NCBI RefSeq assembly: GCF_009914755.1
Contig: NC_060933.1
Length of the DNA: 64,000 nucleotides
Reading direction: 5' to 3' (one strand)
Source: the human T2T-CHM13v2.0 reference genome, Homo sapiens
Part shown: in pieces, positions 14,986-28,803 of the stretch
Layout: the number at the start of each line of letters is the position of its first letter
How positions within the stretch are numbered: position 1 is the first letter of the stretch
Notes under the pieces: generated by a model
The model's input: only the letters and a program-made list of their open reading frames with translations
The model's database searches: none
What the model was told of the DNA's origin: nothing
Made by a program: the position numbers and the translations under genes

Positions 14986-15579
14986 CTAAGCCAGGTCCCA
15001 GGCCTCACTCTAGTGCTTGTTCACTTCCCTGTGGGTCTGATCCTCTTCCAGCTGCTCACAGGCAGCTGCCTGTCCTTGCCCACCATGTGGTACACTGGGG
15101 GTCTGCAGACCTCGCTTGCCTGTGCAGAGGTGGATCACCCCCAGGCCTCACTGGCTCAGGCGGATGTTCTCCGCTTCTCCTTTGTAGCTCTGAGGCCTGG
15201 GTCTGTCCTTGGTCCTTGCCCTACCCTTTCCCTCAGTGTGCCTTTACGAGACCCCTGCCCAGCCATCTCCTGGCTCCTGGGAGGTCACAAGCTGAGACAC
15301 AGACCCTTGGGCCTGTGAGTGGGTGGAAACACTGCTCTCGTTGGAGCCCATCTCTTAGGGACCAGGCGACTTGATCCTCACTGGCCGAGGAGGACTTGCT
15401 CAGAGGGCCTGATTCGGCGTCCTGGGCTGGCATCCTGGGCTGGCACTTTGCTCCGCTGACCTTGCCTGTACGAGGCTGAGCATTCCAAGTGTCCTCAGGG
15501 TGGAGGGTGGAGGCCAAGAAGGCGACTCGTGGGGTGGTGGATGCGGGCCTTCACCGGGCTGGTGCTCAGATGGCCCCCA

Positions 15580-15738
15580 GTGGCCTGTGCTCCACGCCTG
15601 CTGGTAGCCCCTGGTGGCCTGTGCTCCACGCCTGCTGGTGGTTCCTGGTGGCCTGTGTGCCATGCCTGCTGGTGGCTTCCGGTAGCCCGTGCTCCATACC
15701 TGCTGGTGGCACCCCGTGGCCCGTGCTCTATGCCTGCT
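15580..15738. repeat. 34-bp GC-rich minisatellite, ~4.7 copies
   Basis: Unit gtggcctgtgctccacgcctgctggtggNNcctg starting at 15580, 15614, 15648, 15682 and 15716. Confidence 0.92.
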
Positions 15739-18356
15739 ACCCAGCCCTGGTGGGCCTGTTGCGGCCCCTGAAATTTGCACTTCGGCCAACAAGCTTCTGT
15801 TGTCGCAGGAAGAAACTCAGGGGGTGCTGCTCTTAGCCAGGGTTAAAAAGGGAAAGGGGCTGGCCAACTTTGCCTTTTTGTTGATGTTCTGTTTAATACT
15901 AAGGTCCTGGGGTGACATTTGTGCCCCTGGTGGCCTCTGAGGTCTGTGTGTGGCCAGGCACCGCCTCTCTCAGCTCCTGGGTTTTCTCCTGGTCTGGTCT
16001 GCCCTGAGTTTTTGGAGAAGCAGAAGCCCTGCTTAGCACAGCCTTAGAAGGCGTCCCTGGGCTTCAGCTCAGCCAAATGCCCTGCTCTCCCTCGGACTCT
16101 GCAGTCCTGGCTCACCTGACCACAAGCAGCCTGTGACCTGCTCTTTCTGCAGATGTGGGTGGGCTCCCGGGACAGACCTGCAGGGCCCAGCCTGGGAGTG
16201 TACAAGGCTGGGTGGCCAGCGGCCTGCAGAGGGCTCCAGCTCCTGTTCCCAGGAGGGAGAGGCCCACCTTCTGTCTTCTGAAAGGTCTGAGTCTGGGGCC
16301 CTGGTTCTGTGAGGACCGTCCTCACCCACTTCCCCACATCTGGGTCCTCATGGAGCCTCTGTCTGTGTCCTGGGATGCATCCCCACGCTGGGGCAGGGGC
16401 AGCAGGTGAGGCACGAGGGCCTGTCTGCAGGACATAGGTGGACGAGTGGGCCTGGCTGGGGGATCCTTTGTGAGCTCAGCTCCTGTGAGGCAGCACTGTC
16501 CCCATGGGCGACAACCTTTGAAGTCAGCAAGATGTGGCTGCTTGCCTCTCAGGTGGCCCACGATGGGCTTCCTGCAGAGGGCAGAGTGGACACAGGCCAC
16601 AAGCACGTGGATATCTGGGAATTGCCCACTCTGCATTAGTGAGGGGTTGAGGTTGGTTTTTTGTTAATGAGAAGCTTGTGCTTGTTTTTGTCTCTGAAAT
16701 AATGAAGTCATCTGCTAACATGGCCTTGGGATGCTGTAACTGTTTTGGTGTTACCTAGTCTCCTTCAGATTCTCAGTATCTTATGCTCCCGGCTTTAGTG
16801 TGAGGAAAATATTTTCCATTTTTCTGTAGTTATTATTCTCCTCTTATTTTTCGTTTTGCCAATTTTCTGAATAATTTCTTAGGGGGCATTTAGAAAGCCC
16901 TAATTCTGGTACAATAAAATAAATGCCCAGTGTCGGCAAACAGTCTCTTCTGTGAGAACAGGATGGCCCCTAATGGAGCTCACTGTGCTGGAGCTTGCAC
17001 AATCGAAGCCCTGGATCCTCGTTAGGTGCTGTCTCCTTGGCATATAGCCACAGCTAGTGGCAGAGCCAGGCTGAATGCCCTGAGACTTAGTTTCACCTGC
17101 CAAGTGGCCACTGTCGGGGTTGGTGGCACAGGCAGTAGGGGTTGGAGCAGCGATGCAGATGTAGGGTCGGTGCTAGCAGGGGATCTGGCCTGGATCCCTG
17201 TGGAGGGTCTACTTCCTTCAGCCTTGGAGGGGGAGGAGGGGCAGCCCAGTGGTCACCCCCCACAACCCTGGTGGGCGGGCCCTGGATGCAGCCCCTGCCT
17301 CTGGCCCAGGCACCTAGGTGGTGAGGGGGTGCTGAGGCCTTTGGTTCTCTGAGCTTCTTTTGGGCAGCAGAAGGACCCTTCCACCATGACCACCTCTCTT
17401 TTCTCTCAGTCTCTTGGGGTCTCCTGCACAAAGCAGTAAATGACTGACCAAGGCAGCTGTCCTGGCCAAGGTGAGGCCTTTCACCTGTGCCACCCAGTTC
17501 ATCCTCCCAGCAGATGGCCCAGGGGTGGGTGGTGCTGGAAGGAGGAAGCCCACAAGGGGCCCCTCCTTGTGCAAGTGGATTGGCTGTGCCAGGGCAGAGC
17601 GTCCTAAAGTGGACACTGGCCCAGAGCCTGGAGCCACACAGGTGGGCACGTTATGGAGGGCGGGGCCAGGTGTGAGGACTGGATCCCCACCTGACCTTTG
17701 TGCCTCTGAGTCCTTGTGCTGGCCGTGCACGTTCTTGTGACCCCTGAGCCTCGGCCTTCCCCCCTGTAAAGTAGGCTTGTGCCGTCTGCCCCCAGGATCC
17801 AGGACCCCGTGCCAATATCCAGAGCTGAGGAGCCTGATTCTTGGTGGGGAGGTGTATTTTAAGGACATGTTGATTTCCATCCTTGTTGACTGACTGCAGC
17901 TCTAACTCCCATGTGGCCTTTGGACAGGGCAGTTCCCTCTGCACCCTTAGAGCCGAGGTCTGGAGAGCCCTTCAGCTCCTGTGGTGCACCAACCCCTGGA
18001 CTATTAAAAGGATGTTGTTCATTGGGGACGTGCCCAACCACCTGGGGCATTTGAGGGCCTTTCCATGCACCAAGGTGGTCCAAGCTGTGGGTGCAGCTCC
18101 TAGCCATGGCTTGTCCTTCCTGTGCTGAGTCACTGGCTCACCATGGCTGTTGTCACCTTGTCCCTGCTATATCACAGGGAGGGGTGAGGCCTGGGTGGCC
18201 AGAGGGATGGAGTTTGAGGAGACTAGGACTTCCTTACATTCACAGGCACTGCTGGGGCCTCATGTGGGCTTCAGTTTGGGCTTGGGGTCTGGTCAAGGCC
18301 CAGCCAGCCTGTCCATACACCGAGCCTGAGGTCACCCTGAGGTGTGTTTCTTAGCT

Positions 18357-18765
18357 CGGTCGGCAGAATAACAGCCCCCGCTGTCACCCATGTCCTAATC
18401 CTGCAACTTTAAGTAGCATTGCAAGAGGGGAGGAAGGGAAGCTGTGGATGGAGTTGGGGCTGTTCAGCCAGCTGTGGATGGGGAGACTGTCCTGGATGAC
18501 CCAGCAGCTACAGCGTCATCACAGTGGTCCTTAGGAGGGGAGGAGGGTTGAGTCAGGGCAACGTCTGTGAGAGCTCGGCTGGCCATCACTGGCTTTGAAC
18601 ATGGAAGGGGCCGGGAGCCAGGGAGTGCAGATGGCCTCTAGGAACTGGAGGAGGTGGGAACAAATTCTCCCTAGAGCTTCCAGAGGGAGCTGCCCTTGCC
18701 CACACCTTGATTTTAGCCCGGTGAGACCCATTTGGACTTCTGACCTCCAGCCTGGAGAGTGAATC
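18357..18765 (+). mobile_element. MLT1 (MLT1D-like) MaLR LTR remnant
   Basis: ggcagaataacagcccc...gtcctaatcc and ttctccctagagcttccagaggga...cacaccttgattttagccc..tgagacccatttggacttctgacctccag. Confidence 0.72.
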
Positions 18766-20282
18766 CTTCAGGGGGCTCCTGTCCAAAGGCCCTGTGAGGA
18801 TCCTGGTGTCTCTAGCCCCTCACGCCAAGTCTTGTCCCCAGAACAGCCATGTTCCAGGGAGTGCTGGCCCTGCTAACTGAGCCCCGAGTCTGTCTGTCTG
18901 TTCTACTCTGAGTTTGGTGGTCTGACCTCTGACCTTCTGCCTGAGGGTCAGCACCAACCCATAAAGGCCTGACAGGCAGGTGTGTGTGATGGGCCATGTG
19001 TGTGCAAGGGCCCTGCTGGGATGGTGGCAGAATCAGGTCAGGTTGGTGTAGCCTGTCCTGTGCCTTCATCTGCTCCAGATGCTGCAGTGAGGGCACAGCC
19101 TGGAGCAGCCAGGGGCCAGGTGAGGGTGTGGACATGGGGCATGGGTGTGACTGTGTATGTGGGCATGGACATGGAGTGTGGTTGTGGCTGTGGATGTGGA
19201 TTTGGGGTCTCACATGGATGTAGGGTCTGATGTGCAATGTGGATTCTGGGTCTAATTTCTGGGCTGCAAGAGCTCAACCAGCTCCAGGGCAATATATTAT
19301 AACATGTATGCTTGAAGTGAGTAATGATGGTGCTGAAGGGACTGTCTTCAGCTCCCAGTTCATCTGGTCCCACAAAAGTCTTTGCATGTGGCTGATACTT
19401 GGTGTCACTGATGAGAACCTGAGGTATATGTGGCACTGTAGTGAGTGCACGTGACGTTTTCTAGCCCTGTCCTGCCCTCCTCTGTGCTGAGCTCTTCTTC
19501 ACATGCCATAGTGCTATGCCCTGGTCCTGTTCCTGGCTTTGGGCCTTTGCTTCTATTGGGCAGACACCCTTATAAACTTCATGAAGGAAGAATATTAACA
19601 CTGTGCATTTTAAAGTTTGTTTTGGTATTTTGGAGCATAATTTTCATTCATCAATGTTCTGAGTTTCCTTTCCAATTTTTCTTTGTTTCATTATGAAGAT
19701 GCTCTCACTTTGCACCCTGAGAGCAGAAAAATATTCCCTCATGTTGTGCTTTTGATGGCTTTTCTTTTACACTTGACTCTTTGGAGTGTGTGGACTTGAC
19801 TTTAGCTTGTATTCTAAGATAGAGTGAACTTTATATTTTCAAAAACAATTTGCCAAGATCTTTTTCTGGGCTTCATGCTCTGTTCCCAGAACTCAAGACT
19901 GTGGTGGCTGTGGAACAGAACACTCGTCTAGGGCCCAAGACCCTGGTGGCCTTGCAGGGTTAGTCTGATACACTGGGCACTAGCAGTAACAGCTCACTGT
20001 CTAACGAGTGTTCACTCCGGGCCAGGCCCACCCATCTCTTTGCCTGGCTTCCTTTGCATGTGTAAATGCCCCAAGGGCAAGGGCAGTACTATCCTTAGTG
20101 AATGAATAAGGAGACTATTCTGTGTCTGGGCAGGCACTTAACCTCTCATACCTACCTCAATTTCCCTATTGTGGTAAATAAGGCTAATAATAAGAATTCC
20201 CATTATTGCAGGGTTGTTGGAAAATAATGCTCTTAGAGTTCTTAGCATGCTGCGTGTCTCAGAGTGAGTGCTCAGCCAGAGT

Positions 20283-20960
20283 TAGTGATGATGGAGTTTG
20301 TGATGGTGTTGATGGTGATGGTGATGGTGAAGGTGATGGTGATGATAATCTTGGTGAGGATGATGATGGTGATTGAGATGATAATGATGGTGTAGCATTG
20401 TTGGTGATGGTGATGAAAATGATGGTGATGAGGGTGGAGGTGATGATGATAATGATGGTGTGGCAATGTTGGTAATGGTGGTGGTGGTGATTATAGTGGT
20501 TGAGATGATGATGGTGTGGCGGTGATGGTGATGACAACGGTGATGGTGGTGGTGATGATGATAGTGGTTGAAATGATAATGATGATAATGATGGTGTGGC
20601 GATGTTGGTGATGACAACGGTCGTTGTGATGATGATAGTGGTTGAGATGATGATGATAATGATGGTGTGGCAATGTTGGTGATGGTGTTGGTGGTGATGG
20701 TGATGATGATGATGGTGGTGGTGGCGATGGTGGTAGAGGTGATGATGATGATGGTGTGTTGGTGATAGTGATGGTAATGATAATGATGATGGTGGTTGAG
20801 GTGATGATGATAATGATGGTGTGGCAGTGCTGGTGATGGTGATGGTGATGATGATGGTGATGATGGTGATGGTGGTGGTGATGATAGTGGTTGAAGTGAT
20901 GATGATAATGATGGTGTGGCAATGTTGGTGATGGTGATGGTGGTGATGGAGATGATGTTG
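20283..20960. repeat. Second (GAT/GGT)n tract, with higher-order units
   Basis: Triplet tract with recurring ataatgatggtgtggcaatgttggtg anchor. Confidence 0.95.
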
Positions 20961-21499
20961 TCACTCTCACAGGGCCAGGTTCTTTTTTTCTCTTTTATTG
21001 AGTTAAAATTCACATAGCATAATATTAATTGTTTTAAAATGAACAATTCAGTGGTACTTAGTAAATTCACAATGCTATGCAACCATTGCCTCTATCTAGC
21101 TTCAAAATATTTTAATTTCCAAAGGAAACTCCACACCCACTAAACAGTAACTCCTCATTCCTCTCTCCTCCCACCCTCTGGCACCACTAGTCAGCTTTCT
21201 GTCTCCATGGATATACCTATTGTAAACATATTATCATTTCATGTGAGTGGAATCATACAGCATTAGTCCTCATGTGTCACGCTTCTTTCATTTAGTATAA
21301 TGCCTTCAAGATTCATCCACATTGTAGGATGTATCAGGACTTCATTCCTTTTTAAGGCTGAATAATATTCCATTGTATATACAGACTACATTTTGTTTAT
21401 CCATTCATCTGTCAGTGGACATTTGGGCAATTTCCACTTTTTGGTTATTGTGAATAATACTGTTAGGAACATTTATGTACAAGGATTTGTTTGAGTACC

Positions 21500-21803
21500 T
21501 TTTTTTTTTTTTTTTTTTTTTTTTGGAGACAGAGTCTTGCTTTATTGGCCAGGCTTGAGTGCAGTGGCACAGTCTCGGCTCACTGCAACCTCTGCTTCCT
21601 GGGTTCAAGTGATTCTCATGCCTCAGCCTCCTGAGTAGCTAGGGCCACAGGTGTGTGTCACCATGCCCAGCTAATTTTTGTATTTTTGGTGGAGCCAGGG
21701 TTTTGCCATGTTGGTCAGGCTGGTCTCAAACTCCTGACTTCAAGTGGTCTGCCCACCTTGGCCTCCCAAAGTACTGGGATTACAGGCATGAGCCACAATA
21801 CAC
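21500..21803 (-). mobile_element. Alu (AluS-like)
   Basis: T tail plus dimer; agtacct on both flanks. Confidence 0.9.
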
Positions 21804-21974
21804 AGTACCTATTCTTAATTCTTTTGGGTATGTATCTGTCAGTGGAATTGCTGGGTCACATTGTAATTCTATGTTTAATTTTCTGAGGAAACATCAAATT
21901 TTTCCCCACAGTGCTTGCGTTTCTACCATTGATGTAAGAGGGTTATGATTTCTCCACATCCTCTCCAAAACTTA

Positions 21975-22290
<316 letters not shown>

Positions 22291-24796
22291 TTGTAGCCAT
22301 CCTAGTGGGTGTGAAGTGATATCTTACTGTAGTTTTGATTTTAATTTCCTTAATGACTGAGAATGTTGAGCTTCTTTTCATGTGCTTGTTGTCCATTTGC
22401 ATATTTCTTTGAAGAAATGTCTGTTCAAAGTCCTTTACCTGTTTATTAATCGGATTGTTTGTCTTTTTATTGTTGAACTGTAATAGTTCTTTATATGTTG
22501 TGGATGCCATACCCTTGTCTTATTTATGGTTTGCAAGTACTTTCTCCTTTAATGTCACTTGCCTTCTTACTCTGTTGATAGTGTCCTTTAAGGCAAAAAA
22601 GTTTTTAATTTTGATGGAATCCAAATTAGCAATTTTTTCTTTTGTTGTTCATGCTTTTGGTGTCATATCTAGGAATCTATTGTCAAATTCAGTGTCATGA
22701 AGATTTACTCCTATGTTTTCTTCTAAAAGGTTTATAATTTTAGCTCATATTTAGGTTGCCAATCCATTTCTAGTTAATTTTTGTATGTGGTGTGAGGTAG
22801 ACATCCAACTTCATTCCTTTGCATGTGGATGTCCACTTGCCTTAGCACCATTTGTTGAAGAGATTATTCCTTCTCCATTGCATGGTCTAGGAACCCTTGT
22901 CAAAAATCAGTTGGCTGTTGATGTATGGGTTTATTTCTGAGGTTTTAGTTCTATTCCATTGATCTATATGTCTATCCTTATGCCAGTGCCACACTGTTTT
23001 ATCATAGCTTTGTAGTAAGTTTTAAATCAGGAAGTGTAAGTTTTCTTAGCTTTTCCATTTCTGTAAACAAAGTTGTTGGGATTTTGATAGGGATTGCATT
23101 GAATCTGTAGATTCCTTTAGGTAGTATTGCCGTCTTAACACTATTAAGTCTTGCAGTTCATCCACATGGAATATATTTCCATTTCTTTGTATCCTTTAAG
23201 ACCTCTTTCAGCAGTATACAAGTCTTGCATCTCCTAGGTTAAATTTATTCCTACATATTAATATTTTGTTATTTTTGATGGTATTATAATGGTAATTGCT
23301 TTCTTGATTTTATTTTCAGATTATTCATTGCTAGTGTGTAGAAATCCAACTGGTTTTTGTGTGTTGTTTTTGCACCTACACCTTCTGAATTTATTTGTTA
23401 GGTATAGAAAGTTTTTCTGTGTATGGGTTCCTTTAGAGTTTTCTATATGTAGGATTATGTCATATGCAAATAAAGGTAATTTTATATCTTCCTTTCCAAT
23501 TCAGACTCCTTTTATTTCAGGATTTTTTTTTTTTTTTTTTTTTTTTTTTGTCTAATTGATCTGGCTAGAACTTCCAGTACTGTGTTAAACAGAAGTGGCA
23601 ACAATAGGCATCCTATTTTGCTCCTCATCTTATGGGAAAAGCTTTCAGTCTTTCACCATTGTATACAATGTTTGCTGTGGATTTTTCATCCATGGCTTTC
23701 ATCATGTTGAAGAAGTTCCCCTCTATTCCTAGTTTGTAGAGTATTTTTATCATGAAAGGATTTTGTTGAGTGCTTTTTCTGTATCAATTGAGATGGTCAC
23801 GTAGGATTTTTCATCATTGTGTTAATATGGTGTAATGTGTCTTGGGGAGGATGGGGAATTGGGGAAGGATTGGGAGAGATGGGAACATAGGAATGAGGCA
23901 GAGGGCTGTGCCAGCTCAGGAGAAAGAGCCAGGTGAGCCCTGCTGCTTCTTGTATTTTACCCACTTGGGGAGATCTGTCCTCCAGGGTGAAGGAAAGAGA
24001 AGCACAGCTTCTGCTGTCCCATCCTCCAGGACAGAGCCCCAGGATTGCATCTTTTTCTTCTTGCAGTCAGACTTGATGCTTTAGGTGTTGAAGCACTGAT
24101 TTATTTTCATGTACTGAACCGTCCTTGCATTCCTGTGATAAATCCCACTTGGTCATGGTGCACCGTCCCCTTAATATGCTCCTAGACTTTATTTACTGGT
24201 GTTTTGTTGAGGATTTTTACATCAATATTCATTAGAGATACTGGTCTGTAGTTTTCTTATAGTGTCTCTGTCTGGCTTTGGGCTCAGGGTAATGCTTAGG
24301 AAATGTTCCCCCCTCTTCTATTTTCTGAAAAAGTTTAAGAAGGATTGGTGTTATTCTTCTTTAAATGTTTGATAGAATTCACTAGTGATGGTTTCTGGGA
24401 TTTTCTTTTTGGGGGAGGTTTTTTGATTACTGATTTAATCTTTTTACTTGTTACAGGTCTGTTCAAATGTTCTGTTTCTTTTTGAGTCAGTTTTGGCAGT
24501 TTGTGTGCTTCTGAGCATTTCTCCATTTCATCCAGGTTATGTAATTTATTGACCTATAATTTTTCATAGTATTCTGTTATAATCCTTTTTTATTTCCTTA
24601 AGGTCAACAGTGTCTTTATGTTCATTTTTTTGTTTGCCCTGAGTAAAAACAGTCTGCTTCATGCACATCTATAGCTTCCATTCCAGGTAGCTTGCTGCCC
24701 TGACCCCCTGCTGTGGCGACATTCTGGGGCTACCTGGGGGGAATGTCCCTTTTTAAATTTACTGGTCAGTTTTATTTACATGCATTTGCTCACTAG

Positions 24797-25257
<461 letters not shown>

Positions 25258-26010
25258 TAAAAAAAGTATCAGAATAAAACAAAGCATTTCCATTTTGCTG
25301 GGTTAGCTTCTGTAGAAGTTTATTGATGTCTTAGGTTGTGTCCTTTGATACTCTTTGTGTTCATTCCTCAAATGGCTTAAGGCCTGTAGCCCGACCATCT
25401 GCATAGGAGGTGGCTCTCTCTTGTTCTAAGTCTCCAAGCAGGTTTGCAAGGGGTCTGGAGGAACTCCAGGGAGGGAATGAGGAAAGAGTGGTCATGATGT
25501 CTGGAGTCCTGGACATGTCCTAAGGCCAGGCTGGTAGGCCTCTTCTTGGCCCCCATGAGGATGAGCTGGATGGGTGGCTATGGTATGGCCCACAGGAGGG
25601 GCTCTGAGCTGCCTCTGGTGTTTTCTGCCCCCTCAGGTTACCCCTGGTGAAGTGATGGGGACAGCCTGGCTCTGAGAACCCCTCTTCCTTCCCTGCCCCC
25701 TGGGTGACGGGGCATTGGTGACCCTCACCCAGGCAGGCTTGGTAGATGGCCTATTCATTGGGTCCTCATGGTGGGGCGTATCCAGACGCTGTATCTAGGT
25801 CCAGGCTGCAGAGGCCTTTCCAGGAGGACATCTCTGCAGCTCTTTCCCTCCACCCTGCTTTCCTAGTAGAACACTGTCCCTGCACAGCTGTGCTCCATCT
25901 GGCCCAGGTTCCCAGACAATGAGCAGGGATTCTCCCTAGAGCTTCGCAGATGGAAAGTGCTTGAGGGGGTGCTGAATGCCTAGGTAATGGTCTATTTCGT
26001 CTCGTTTCAG

Positions 26011-26096
26011 CTGTGTTGGGGTGGAAGAGGAGGAGGCGCCCGACATCGACATATACCACTGCCCAAACTGTGAGAAAACCCATGGGAAGTCCACCT
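26011..26096 (+). CDS. PHF2: PHF2 exon 2 (86 nt; C-terminal half of PHD finger, about aa 33-62)
   Basis: tttcag|CTGTGTT...ACCT|gtaagt; encodes [29 protein letters not shown] with PHD Cys ligands. Confidence 0.97.
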
Positions 26097-28442
26097 GTAA
26101 GTACCGCAGCCCAAGCGGCCATCTCTTGCGGAAGAGAGCAGCATCCAACCTGCCTGGGCTGCGTGGAGGGTGAGGTCTCTGCTGGGCCTGGGCCCTGGGT
26201 TGCTGGGGGCAAAACGCCCTGAGTAGTGTCTAGGCCTGGGGACCCTGCCAGCCTAGCTTACTGTCCCCTGTAGCCTCACTAGGCCCACTGTAGCCCCTCC
26301 TGATCAGCTCCCGCTGGCAGAGGCAGCTGTGCAAAGACTCAAAGGGCCTTCTGAGGCCTAGCGAGAGGCCAGGCCAGCCTGAGTTAGGGGGACACGGACT
26401 TGGGGACCTGGATAAATGGTGATGCGGGGGTTTTCTAGGGGCCCCCAGCCTAGCCCGGCCCAGCCAGCCACTGCTACACGGGGGGCCCAGCCTGTCTGTT
26501 TTCTGGGCACGTGCATTGTTGGTGGGCTCTGTCCTCCCCTCCTTTTCCAGCCCCGCCTCATGCCACCCACCTCCTCCTCTGCAGAGAATCTTGGAGGGCC
26601 CTTGCCTTTCCCACACAACCTGCTGTTTGTGTGTCCTAAGGGCTGAGGCTTCGTTTTCTTCTTGGCCCTTTCAGGTGTGCTGGGTCCTGGGATACAGGCT
26701 TGGCTCACCCTGTGCAGGTTCAGCCAGGTGAGCTGGAGGTTATATGAGCCTTGAGCTCCAAGCCTCAGCCCTGGTTGCAGAGGGGGAGCTGTGTGGTGGT
26801 CTGCAAGGACTCGGGAGGGGTGTGGCCTGTAGACAGGACAGATGGTATGGATATGGGTGTGCGTGTGTTAATGTGGCCTCTGGTTTCCACTTCACTGGAG
26901 GGTCTTGGGTGCTCACAGAATCTGCAGGCTGGACATGGGCCCTGGCTGGGTCAGCTGATCACATCTCTGCTGACCTGAGCCCTGGACAAGGTGGGGCAGG
27001 AAATGCATCTGGCTCCAGGTCACAGCCAGTCTGAGTCACTCCCCTTCAAAGGGAGACCCCTCCCAGTGCCCAGTTGCAAGCTGAAGCACCAGACCCCCGG
27101 ACCCCTGTGGGATGAGTCCTATGGAATCAGTAGGGGCAGAGGGAGGATGCGGGCAATAGGTGGAAGGGGCTCCAGCACCCCTGTTCTGTGAGCTGAGGCT
27201 GGGTCGAGGGAGCCTTGGAGGCCTGGCCTGGCAGCTGGTGATGCTGGGTCTCACTACTCTGAGGACCTGGCTGCTCTTTCTTGGCCTCTCCCAAGGCCTG
27301 AATGCTTTTCTCCTGTCTATTGCTGGACAGCGGTGGGGGCTGCATGTGTTTCAGGTCTCGACCCTATCCCCAGCACAGCCTCAACAAATATGCAAGCGGG
27401 TGATGAGGAGAAGCTAGCAGCTAGCAGCTCTTCCTGAACTTTCAGGCTGATAGTTTGCCTGTGGGGAGGTTCTGGGATTCCTAAATTGCCTTCTTACTCC
27501 TGGTCCCCAGTAGTTGGCTGCATTTATGCTCAGAATGCATCTGCCTACGGCAAGCTCATTAACCTATCATCTGGTTATTGCTCAAAAACAGATAAAGGGT
27601 AGGAAGGATCAGCCCAGCGGGGCATCCTCATGCTTCTGGCACCTCAATGAGCCCACCCAGAAAGCTCAGGGCCAAGCTGTCTTTACGACAGGAATGACAC
27701 AAACAGGGCTGAGCTTCCAGTGGGGACCTGGGGCTGCCCCATGGGGCCTAGGGGGCAGGTGTCAGAGCAGAGTAGGGTTGGAGCCAGGATACCCCAGGAG
27801 GTGCTTTCCTGGGGGGTAGGACCCTCTCAGGTCCTACCTGAGTTGGGGGGCTTGGGAGGATGCTGGGGTGGCGTTGCTTTTGTGTGGGAGGTACACGTGT
27901 GCATCACTTGAGAAGAGGCTTTCAGACTGGTAGAAAAGAAAGTGTCAGAAACCCCTGGGCCAGGGGCCTCTTCTGATAGTCAGCATACATTTCAAGGGGT
28001 CCTTGCTTGGGGGCTCTTGCATGAGTTGGGGCTGGGGTAGAGCAATGGTGTGGTGCTGGGGCTGGGCAGGTTTCACATATTGGTGAGCACACTGTTTTGA
28101 TTTCTCTAATGTCCCCAGACATCCCCAGAAACAGCCCACCTGCCATGGGAGCCCTGTGTGCCTGCCTCACCCAGACCCTGCCCCTGTCCCTGCAGGGAGT
28201 TTGGGCAGAGGCCTGGTGTCCCAACCTGCCCTTGATTGCAGCTAAAACCTCAGTGCAGGCTCCCCTTCCTGTCTCCTACGGCCAGCTGCCCAGGGAGAGA
28301 CATTCTAGACTAGCAGACAGTGCTGAGGTTGCAGATGGTGGGACCCCCAGCCCCTGCCTGGCTGTACACATGTGTGTGTGCATGTACATGTATGCTTACA
28401 TATTTGTGCATGTGTATGTGTGTGTGCATGTGCTTGTGTGTA

Positions 28443-28803
28443 TGTCATACTCTGTTCAGGCTGCCGTAACAAAATACCACAGACTGGAGGGCTTAAGTAA
28501 TAGAAAATTTATTTCTTACAGTTCTGGAGGCTGGAAGTCCAAGATCAAGGTGCTGGCTGATTCAGTGTGTGGTGAGGGCCTGCTTCTGGTTCATAGACAG
28601 TGCCCTCTTGCCATGTCCTCATATGGTGGAAGGAAGGAGGCAGCTTTCTGGGGTCTCTTTTATAAGGACACTAATCCCATTCAGGAGGACTTTACCCTCA
28701 TGACCTCATAACCTCCCAAAGGCCCCACCTCATAAAATCATCACCTTAGGGGTCAGGATTTCAACAGATAAATTTTGGTGGGACGGATATTCAGTCCACA
28801 GCT
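28443..28803 (-). mobile_element. MLT1A-like MaLR solo LTR inserted in a TG-rich tract
   Basis: caggctgccgtaacaaaataccacagactgg...cagttctggaggctggaagtccaagatcaaggtg...aggatttcaaca. Confidence 0.82.

Noticed and set aside
14082-15318. Cys/Val and His/Thr ORFs of 248-384 aa
   Set aside because: Artefacts of the (TG)n/(CA)n tract.
15580-15738. 34-bp repeat as a CRISPR-like array
   Set aside because: Units are head-to-tail with no unique spacers, there are no cas genes, and the context is a mammalian intron.
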